A DNA stretch of 64,000 nucleotides, taken from the human T2T-CHM13v2.0 reference genome, Homo sapiens. Every line of letters starts with the position of its first letter. Position 1 is the stretch's first letter. Shown here piece by piece: positions 54,010 to 64,000 of the stretch. The stretch lies in NCBI RefSeq assembly GCF_009914755.1, contig NC_060933.1; one strand, given 5' to 3'. Position numbers and translations under genes: made by a program. The notes below the pieces were generated by a model. It saw nothing but the letters and a program-made list of their open reading frames with translations. It had not been told where the DNA came from and did not search any database.

Positions 54010-54464
54010 CGTTACTGGGTTGAATTGTGTTCCCCCAAAATTCATATGTTGAAGTCCTAACCCCCAGGACTGTAGAATGTGACCTTATCTGAATATACGG
54101 TTGTTGTATATGTAATTAGTTAAGTTGTACTGGGGTCTGGTGGGCCCCTAATACAATATACCTCTTGTCTTTACAAAAAGTGGAAATTTGGAGATAGCTG
54201 CACACACAGCGAGTGCATCATGTGAAGACGAAGGCAGGGTCCAGTGTGATACAGCAGAAGCTGAGGAATGCCAAAGATTCCAGCAATCTTCCAGTAGCTG
54301 GGAGGGAGGCCTGGAACGGATTCTCCATCACAGTCCTCAGAGGGAACCAACCTGCTGACCCCTTAGTCTTGGACTTCTCACCTCCTGAACTGTGAGACAA
54401 TAAATGTCTCTTGAAGCCACTCAGTCTGTACTACTTTCTTTTGGCAGCCCTAGCAAACTGAAAC
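54010..54464 (+). mobile_element. MLT1C-like LTR
   Basis: gggttgaattgtgttcccccaaaattcatatgttgaagtcctaacc...gcagccctagcaaact. Confidence 0.88.
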
Positions 54465-55004
54465 GGTCACCAAGCCAAGAAACAGTGAAATCAGTATTCA
54501 AGTTCAAGCAATGAGGCACCAGAATCTGCCTTCGCAATCATTAAACTGCTCACACTGCTGAAGGCATCGACCTATGTATTATAACAAGCACTTCCCTACA
54601 TATAAGGACGGGAGACACAGGAAGGAGCACATAAACTGAGTTCAAAGATTTTAATCTTCCCAATTGAAAACATTCACTGAATAAACATTTGTTGATAATT
54701 TACAAATGTGGGGACTCAAAGTGCAAAGACATGTCTCTATTCTCATGAAAATTTAGTTGGATCTCTGAACTACTAAAATATACGGAGTCAAGAAACCTTT
54801 ACACCAGAAGTGACATGTTAGTAAAATCTGGAAGGATGATGAGCTCACTCAGTAACTATGGGGAGAAAGAAGGTTGAACAGAGAAAGCAAAATGTGTAAC
54901 GTTACAGAATCACAAGCTAGAGACAGCAAGGCAAAGACGGGAATGCCCAGATTTTGAATAAATTGTGTAAAGCTGGGTTAATGCCTATGCTCTCTCAGGT
55001 TCTC

Positions 55005-55230
55005 TTTTTACAAAAACGTTTATTTTAGGTTCAGGGTACATGTGCAGGCTTGTTACATAGGTAAACTGTGTGTGGTGGGAGTTTGGTGTACAGATTATTT
55101 CATCACCCAGGAAGCGAACATAGTATCCAATAGGTAGTTTTTGCTCTTCTCCCTCCTCCCAGCCTTCAACCTCACACAGGCCTTGGTGTCTGCTGTTTCC
55201 TCCTTTGTGTCCATGTGATCTTAGTGTTTT
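55005..55230 (-). mobile_element. L1PA (older) 3'UTR fragment
   Basis: ttttaggttcagggtacatgtgcaggcttgttacataggtaaact...gattatttcatcacccagg. Confidence 0.88.
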
Positions 55231-55597
55231 GCTGCCACAAACATCCAGAAAGCAGCCAGGGACTGGAGCCTGCCAGCTGTGGCGCTGACCGAGACCACCC
55301 TCTTTTGTCATTTGGATTTAACCTTCTCCGTCTTCCTCCCTCTGGCAGCCTCTTTCCAGCTAAGTGTTAGCACCTGAGGACCCTCTCCAGCTTGCCAAGT
55401 TTCTTACCTCCTGCTTTGGAAGGCTTCTTGGCTTTGTCCCTTGGCTTTTTTCAGGGGGACACCTTTCAATTCTTCTCTTGGGTTCCACGGAGCCTGGGTC
55501 AGCCAAACCTGCCCTGCATGAGGCAGTTAAGGCAGGTGAAGGGAACCAGTCCACCAGTACCCAGGCCACCAGTCAGGGTAAGGAGAGAGTGGCAGGT

Positions 55598-55984
55598 CAG
55601 TATGGGTTGAATTGCAGTTCCCCAAATTCATATGCTGAAGTTCTAACCCCTGGTGGCTCAGAATGTGACTGAATTTAGAGACAGGGTCTTTAAAGAGATT
55701 AAGTTAAAATAAAGTCATTAGAGTGGGCCCCAATTCAATATGACTGGTGTCCTTATAAGAAGAGGAGATTAGGACACAGGCAACTACAGAGGACAGCTTA
55801 TGGGAAGACACAGAGAAAAGAAGGCAATCTTCAAGCCAAGGAGAGAGGCCTCTGAAGAAACGAACCCTGCTGATGCCTTAAGCTTGGACTCCCAGCCTCC
55901 AGAACTGAGAGAAAATAAATTTCTGTTGTCTAAGCCACCACCCTGTGGTACTTGGTTATGGCAGGCCCAGCAAACTAACCCACA
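55598..55984 (+). mobile_element. MLT1B-like LTR
   Basis: atgggttgaattg..caaattcatatgctgaag...cagcctccagaactgagagaaaataaatttctgttg. Confidence 0.88.
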
Positions 55985-57918
55985 GTAATAAAGGACAGGA
56001 AAGGAAGCTGTTCATCAGTGCAGCCTCACTACCTCTGAGGCAGCTCCGGTTCCTGGAGTGAAGATCAAGAGACAGTGCCCTTTTGATGCCGGTTTCAGGA
56101 AAAAGCCTCCAGCTAATAAGTCTAAATGTTAGCACCTGAGGACTTCAGCTAAGTAAGGCTGGGGACATTTTCCTGGAACTGGGCATCTAGAAGGAATATA
56201 TCTAAGTGATATGGGCTCACAGAGAGATGGATCCCATATCACTGTACCCCGCTCTTGCTAAAAAGACTGAATCAGTTTCACCTTCAGGACTGCTGTCATG
56301 ATATTGTTAAGTATGATTCCCATCAACCCACCTCTCTCCTTTTCTCAGAGGCTGTCATCTATCACAGTTAGAGTTCAAGGCCTAAAATTGCAACACTGAT
56401 TGCGAAGGTCAAATTCATTAACACAAGAGTAACCCAGTTGATCAATCATCAAGGGAGAGTGACAATTATTTCTTTTTCTCTGTTTTGATTGGAAAAGCAG
56501 GAGGCATTGGGACCTAGAAATGGGAGCAGGGTTCATAACAGTGATGGATACAGTGTGTGTGCATGCACATATGTGTTTATGCATGTCCGTGTGCGTGCAT
56601 GTGTGGCTGTGTACAGAGAAATGACTATAGGAATGGTGCCTGGAGACACAGCAGTCAGATTTATAAAAATTCTGCCTACTATTGGCCTTATTTACCTTTG
56701 GCAGGGTCGTTTTGGAAGTATTTTAGTTGCACTCACACATGCAAGCCGCTGGGCTTCTGAGGATTTATGAAGATTTCTTTTGTGACTTCATTATAAAGGC
56801 GCTTCTTTCCCAAGGGGTCTATTCATCAAGGCATCACGGCAGTGTGCTTCCTGCCTTTGGCCTTGCCGTGAAAGCCCTTTCAAACAAACTGTGCACAGCT
56901 GCAACACAGAGTGTGCTGCCTCGAGCACATGAATTAAATTAAACATCATTCAGTAAGCATGAGAAACAGGCTGTCAAGGCATCAGGAGGAAAAGTGAAAA
57001 ATTCAGTCAATTTGTCCTGATCCTTCCTTGACATAATCTGCATATTCGGAGCTATTGGGATCTGGTTGGAGTTGAACATTGCTCCAAGAGAAGGGCTGTG
57101 TATTACTCTTCTTGAATATCCCCTAGCACCAGCCAGAAACATAATAGCACTCAGAAAATACATACCGCAGAATTTTTCACATTACAGCTGTATAGGTACA
57201 GTCTTGCAGATGTAGTGTCATTCCTAAGTAACAAGCACCACTTCTAGGTTTAATACTAAACAGCTTTTGTCATTGACTTACTCCATTTGCTGGTAACCTC
57301 TTGCCTATTTATTACAGCTTTACTTCCAACTAACTATGTGTATAGAACAATAGTTGGCTGCCACCAACATTAATTTACCCTAGTAAATAATGTGGCTTTT
57401 TATTCAACCTGAAAAGAATAATAACAGCAATTAGCATGTGAACAATGCTTTAAAGCTTAAAAAAAAAAGGCTTTTACATGCTTCATTGTATTTAGAGTAG
57501 GGTAGGTATGGGTTCAATGTTGCAGCTAACTTCACCTGTACAGGATCTGTTCTTCCACTGGTAAATTCTGGTAAATTCTTTCTCCCCTATTCTGATCATA
57601 TGATGCTGGGGAGGCTGCTAATTACAGACAACTTCCCTTACCCTGGCCACAGAAATGGACATGTGATTCAGGTCCAGGCAATCACTGTACTCCCATTCCT
57701 CCCAGAATAATGACTGGGAGGGTAGGCAGCCAGGCTAATCAAAATCCTTCCCCAGATTTTTTTCATTGTAGATGTGGAGGAGAAGATGACTTGTTTTCTG
57801 AGTCATGGATCTGAAAGGATGTTATTCAGAGATTGTCAGTCATCTACTCCACATGTAGATGGACTGTCTATAGTAAAAGAATGAATCCAACAGAGAGAGA
57901 AGGAGACAAAGCTAAGGT

Positions 57919-58244
57919 TGTAACCACAGGACCAGCTCAAACCAATTAACCATTGCTTAAGTTGTTACAGATGATACAGAGCCAAAATTGCCTGGGCACG
58001 TGCCTTCTGATTGCTAACACCATCAGCCTGGCAGATTGGCTACATTGGTATTATCTAGAACTAGTTAGAAATGCCATAAAAGCTTGACCCACCCTTAGAT
58101 TAGGGAGACATATTTGACTGTTGCCTCCTGTTTCCTTGCTAGTCAGCTTGCAACACAACCCCCCAACCTTTCTTTTTCTTGAAAGTCGGTGCTGCAGTAG
58201 TGGCTCCTATGTGTGTTGGGCAGCGAGCCTCTTCCTCAATAACA
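57919..58244 (+). mobile_element. Short ERV1-type solo LTR (MER89/MER90-like) nested in an older MLT1
   Basis: TG...CA termini (tgtaacc...caataaca) with perfect 4-bp TSD aggt. Confidence 0.7.
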
Positions 58245-59202
58245 AGGTCGGGAGAGAGATGCAGGGCTGGGGAGAAAAACTCATTTGAGTTGCTAACCAC
58301 TCCCTCTCTAGACTGCCTGGTTACATGACCCAGTACATTTTCTTTTTTCTACGCCAATATACCTTTCTGTGACTTGCAACCAAATATCTAGCCAATGGAT
58401 TTTAGAAAATCAGACAGATTTTTGAAGATGAAAAAACCAGAGGGTTTTCCCATCATCTAAAAATATTCTCTTCCCTTCCCCCAGGTAAAATCATACGTTC
58501 TTGCCCCATTCACATCAGCCTGAGCCACATGACTTGCTTTAGTCAGTAAAATAAGCCATAGGCATGGACATGTATGTGAGCAAAAAATGGGCTTTAGGCC
58601 TAAGAAGTTGAAGACCTTTGATATGTAGCAGACCTTGCCTATCCTGACTGATAACACCTATACTAAGTGCTACCCCAACATCGACCTAGCTTATTGGATT
58701 TCAAATTCTCCAGTTCTTATTTACACCATACCAAGCTGCTACTGGCAAACCTACTCTCCAAGTCTTCCAGTGCATCTCTGAAAAATAAGAATCCTATCAA
58801 AACACAAAGCAAAATAAAACAAAAAACCCTGGTCTCATGGCAAATCCTGGGTAAAGCTAGGATGACTGATGTAAATTAAAGTGATAACACTGTTAATAAC
58901 AACTAATATTAACATCCAGTAAGAGGCAACCTTTATGTGAACAGGGGCCTAGGATGTTTTGCTTAATGTTTTGTCCTAAGAAGTTAGTGCAGTGTCTGGC
59001 ACATCATAAAACTCAATAAATATTTGTTCAGTGTTAAAAGAAATAGTTACTATTTGCCAGATTTTGTACTAAATTCTTTACCATATTCTCATCTGATTCA
59101 GCTACTTAACAGAAATGTATTGTGGACCTCCTATGTGCCAGGTTGTAAATACCTGGGACAACATAGACCAGGTTCCTGCTCTCATGCTGCTGAACCCTAC
59201 AG

Positions 59203-59405
59203 CTGGCCTTCTCAATATTGATATTTTAGACCAGATAATTTTTTTTTTTTTTTTTTTTGCTGTAGGGAACTTCTCTGAGCATTTTAGGGTGCTTAACCGC
59301 ATGTCTGGCCTCTACTCCTTCCCTCAGTGTGACAGACAAAAATGTTTCCAGACATTACCAAATGTCTTCCAGGAGGCAAAGTCACCCAAAATTGAGAACC
59401 AGTGG
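59203..59405. mobile_element. MER20 inserted in L2 (L2 spans about 59095-60090)
   Basis: attgatattttagaccagataatt...gtgacagacaaaaatgtttccagacattaccaaatgtc...ttgagaaccagtg. Confidence 0.8.
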
Positions 59406-60449
59406 GCTAGTGGTAGGAGACAGATAAGCAGAGTATTGATTTGAAATGTGTTTGATATAAAAGTGCCATTAATAAAAATAAAGCAGGATAAAGGAAAAGA
59501 GAATGATCCAAAGGGAGATTCTTCTTTACATAGAGTGATTAGAGAAGACCTTCTAAGTGAACATTTGAAGGGAACTGAATAGAGTAAATGCTAGCCTTGT
59601 GGCTACATGGGGGAAGAATTTTTCTAGAAAAGGGAAGAGTTAGAGCAAGGTCCATGTGGTAGAAGTGTCCTTGCTGTGTTTGAGAAGAGCAATAAGGCCA
59701 GAAATGCTGGAGCAGAGTGAGTGAGGGAAGCATGAGAGTAAACAGAAGGAATGGATGGTCAACCATGAATGGCTTTGCAGGCTACAGCAAGGACTCTGGA
59801 TTTTATCCAGATTAGAATGGGAAACCACCAGAAAGTTCCAGAACAAAAGTGTCAGGTCCTAACTTACATTTTAAAGAATTTATCTGGCTGTTTTGTGGAA
59901 AGCAGAATAAGAGGAGCCAGGAATGAAGCAAGTAGACTAGTTAGGAGGCTCCTGTAGTATTTTAGGTAGGAGATGACTTAGCCTGAAGGGGAATGGTAGA
60001 GGGCTTGAGAAGTGGCTGAATTCTGGGTATGTTTTAAAGGTGGAGTTTGTTAGATTTGATGTGTTGAATATGGAGAAAGAGGAAAAGGAGTTGATGATAA
60101 GGCTGCACTATGATTGTCCTCATTTTACAGATGAGGAAACCAAAGAGCAAGAGTTTAAGCAGTTTTGTAGGACCACAGAGCTAGTAAATGATACCCAGAC
60201 ACTTATTTCAAGCTTATACTCTTCATGTCTATATTATATTGCCAATAAAAAGCTGGCAGCCTAGGTGGGGGAACAAAGCAAATTGAGGTGCTCTAGGCAC
60301 CTATTTTCCTCCTATATAGCACTTTATTCACCCACTTTCTGGCTCAAAGACATCTAAGACATTATCTATATAGTCATAATACAAAAGTAAGCAACAATAA
60401 AAAAATGGCAGAGTTGACCCTTTTCATTATTGGCTCTTAGGCCCATTTT

Positions 60450-61290
60450 GATCCAAAGGTCATGGATATCTGTCACAAGAATACAGTTGAAAATATTCGA
60501 TATTATAAAAAAACTTATTTGAAATATATATTTACACTAAATATCATTAACAACAAATCTTAGCTTAAGGGTACATATTGTGCCATTAAAAATCATCAGA
60601 ATTTGCAAGACATTTAAACAACTTATCATCTGAGATATGAAGACAAACTTAAGATTTTAAAGCAATGTTGAAAGTTTTGTATTACTCAGTTCAATTCTTC
60701 ATAAAATTTCCCCAAACTTTATAAGCCAGTTTTGATATTCCTTACATAAGAAAAAAAGACAACAAGCCAAATATCAATGAGAAATACTTGTTCTCCTTGT
60801 AGTAAAAATGGCTAAAATAATACATGGAATCAATGTGGCAAAAAACAGAAATAAATTCATTTGTCAGCAAATATTATTGATGATGCAGAGAAAGCATTAC
60901 TGATGATTTTAGAAAAATTCAGATATATGTTATGTGGGAGGTTTGATATATATATATTTGTATTTAGTATAGATCTTCTTAAGAAAAATGTGTTTCAATA
61001 ACAAATATAAGAACAACTGCTTTTTTGTGACTCAACTAAATGAAGGAGTTCTGGAAGAAGATCTCATGAGCTTTAATAAACTCAGTGTTTCATGGGAAAA
61101 CTGTATAACCATAACTACTGATAGAGCAATGACTTGGATGGAAATTTTGAAAAACTCACACAAAGAGAAAGTTGTAGAGATAGCTCTACATGTGATATTT
61201 ATTCACAGCATCATGTTATTAGAGATAAGAATTTAAGGTTACAAGTCCATAGGGGACTATGTGATGTGGTTAGTTTTATATTCAAGAGAA
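60450..61290 (+). mobile_element. Degenerate hAT/Charlie transposase remnant
   Basis: Broken-frame matches YLKY.F, RHL..H, VKMA.II.G, LSAN, SWENCITITTD(G)A and IALHVIFIH, typical of Charlie/Buster transposases. Confidence 0.75.
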
Positions 61291-62593
61291 TTTTTGAAAG
61301 ATGAAGAAGTAGGAAGCACCATGAATCCAACGTCCCCACCTAGAAAATAATTGCATAGGCAAAATCTGCTTTATGTAACTATATTAAAATTCTGGTGTAA
61401 ATTGAAGGCTTGCAATTTCCAGGAGAAGGCTTAGATGGTAAATTGTGGTTAATTTTGGTCAGTTGGAACTTTTAGCTCAGCAACAGCTATCCATTCCCTA
61501 CCTCCAGCCTAGTAGCAGGCAGCTGTGCAAGTGTTGCTGAAGAAGCTTTTATGCAGCCTGTGGGAGCAAGGGTGAGCAATAGAAACTCTGTCCTCCAAAT
61601 ATCAGGGTTCTATGTTCTGATAATTGATTTTTGCTTCTGATTATGGAGGTGCAGACACAGAGGCAGGCAGTCACTGTGGCCCCTTCCTTCCAATTTTCAT
61701 AAGCTTCTCTCTCCAAAACTTCCAGGAGATTTCAAAGGTTGACACCCTGATTTCCATCATTTTTCTATTTTCCCCTTTTGGGAGTCAGACATTAAAGGCT
61801 AGGGCATTCAAAAGCATCTGCATACATAGGGGAAATTAGTAAGTTACTGCATATGCCCAGTGAAAGTTTACACTTCAGGCTGATTCTTGGTATGGAGACA
61901 GATTAAAATAATAAAAAACACAAATTTTAAAAACAGCAAACCCTGGGGAAAGAGCGTAATCTGATTTCCTACTACCACACTATTAAATTCAAATGTTCAG
62001 TTTCTTGGGGACAGAAATTGTCCCCAAGAAAAGCTAGAAACAGACATAGAAGACAAAGACTTTACAGCAAGTGTCTTAAAGATGCTCAAAAAACTAAAGA
62101 AGAAATTGAGAAAGTAAAAAAAATGTATGAACAAAACTGAGATATCAGTAAAATGATGGGGGAACCAAGAAGAAACCAAAAAAATTTTTAGAACTCAACA
62201 GCACAACAATTGAAATAAAAAATTTGTTAGAGGGATTCAAAGCAGATTGAAGCAAGCCAAAGAAAGAATCGGCAAACTTGAAGATAGGACAACTGAAATT
62301 ATCAAGTTTAAAGAACAAAATGGAAAAAGATTGAACAAAACTAAAGCCTAAGGGACCTATACAGCACCCTCAAGCAGACCAACGTGGGCACTGATGGAGT
62401 TCAGAAAGAGAAACAGAAATGGATGGAGAGATTATCTGAAAAAAAAAAGTCATAGAAAACTTTCCAAATTTGATGAAAGATATGAATATAAATATCCAAG
62501 AAGCTCAACAAACTCCAAATAAGATGAACTCAAAGAGACCCACACTGAGACACATTATAATCAAACTGTGGAAAATCAAAGACAAAGAGAGAA

Positions 62594-62845
62594 TTTTTTT
62601 AAGACAGGGTATCACTCTGTCACCCAGGCTGGAGGGCAATGGCACGATCACAGCTAACTGCAGCCTTGAACTCCCAGGCTCAGTCAATCCTCCCACCTCA
62701 GACTTTCAAGTAGCTGGGACTACAGGCATGTGCCACCACATATGCCTAATTATTGTATTTTTTGTAGAGACCAGGTCTCAGGTGATCCATTCACCTCAGC
62801 TTCCCAAAGTGCTGGTATTACAGATGTAAGCCACTGCATCCAGTC
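62594..62845 (-). mobile_element. AluJ with internal deletion
   Basis: Alu consensus; TSD-like caaagagagaa / caaagagaaag. Confidence 0.92.
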
Positions 62846-62848
62846 TCA

Positions 62849-63241
<393 letters not shown>

Positions 63242-63643
63242 TCATCAATAAGATTACAAGTAGATTTCTCATCAGAAACTTTGCAGGCCAGAAGGCATTG
63301 GTGGATATATTTAATGTGCTAAAATTAAAAATAAAAAAAAATTGTTAACCAAGAATTTTATACCCAAAAAATCTGTCCTTCAAATATTAGGGAGAAATTA
63401 AGACATTCTCAGATAAACAAAAGCTGAAGGAATTTGTTACCACTAGACATGTCCTACCAGAAATCCAAAGGGGGTCTTGCAGGTTAAAATGAAAAGATAT
63501 TAGACAGGGGCACAAAGTCGTATGAAGAAAAACATATCAATGTAGGTAAATACACGGAGATTTATAAAATCCAGCATTGTTTTAACAATAGTTGTAACTC
63601 TACTTTTCATTTTCTACATGATTTAAGAGGATAATTAACTTAA

Positions 63644-63998
<355 letters not shown>

Positions 63999-64000
63999 GT

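Noticed and set aside
56939-57163. ORF containing LAGARGY, similar to CARM1 QAGARKIY
   Set aside because: Only a 4-5 residue match with no flanking homology

Overview
Primate (human-like) genomic DNA, AT-rich and mostly intronic, dense in Alu, L1, L2, MIR, CR1/L3, MLT/ERV LTR and DNA-transposon remnants. The main non-repeat signal is six minus-strand exons (38086-37909, 33459-33369, 13074-12993, 11676-11591, 9132-9045, 6634-6497) with canonical GT-AG junctions. They splice into the catalytic core of a diverged CARM1/PRMT4 paralog, about 73% identical by hand alignment to the CARM1 sequence as I recall it, with the double-E and THW loops intact. Exon lengths and phases match CARM1, except for one exon that is 2 nt short and causes a frameshift and premature TGA. 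This fits the intron-containing pseudogene CARM1P1 (CARM1L), probably an ancient paralog inactivated relatively recently. A cryptic acceptor inside the broken exon would bypass the frameshift, and a phase-matched candidate terminal exon lies at 3407-3218, so a continuous ORF can be assembled on paper. Also present: a twin-primed 5'-inverted L1PA, a MER52 solo LTR nested in an LTR16/ERVL gag-pro provirus, and a tight inverted Alu cluster. Repeat family names come from recalled consensus sequences, not a database search. Most ORF-track entries are spurious.
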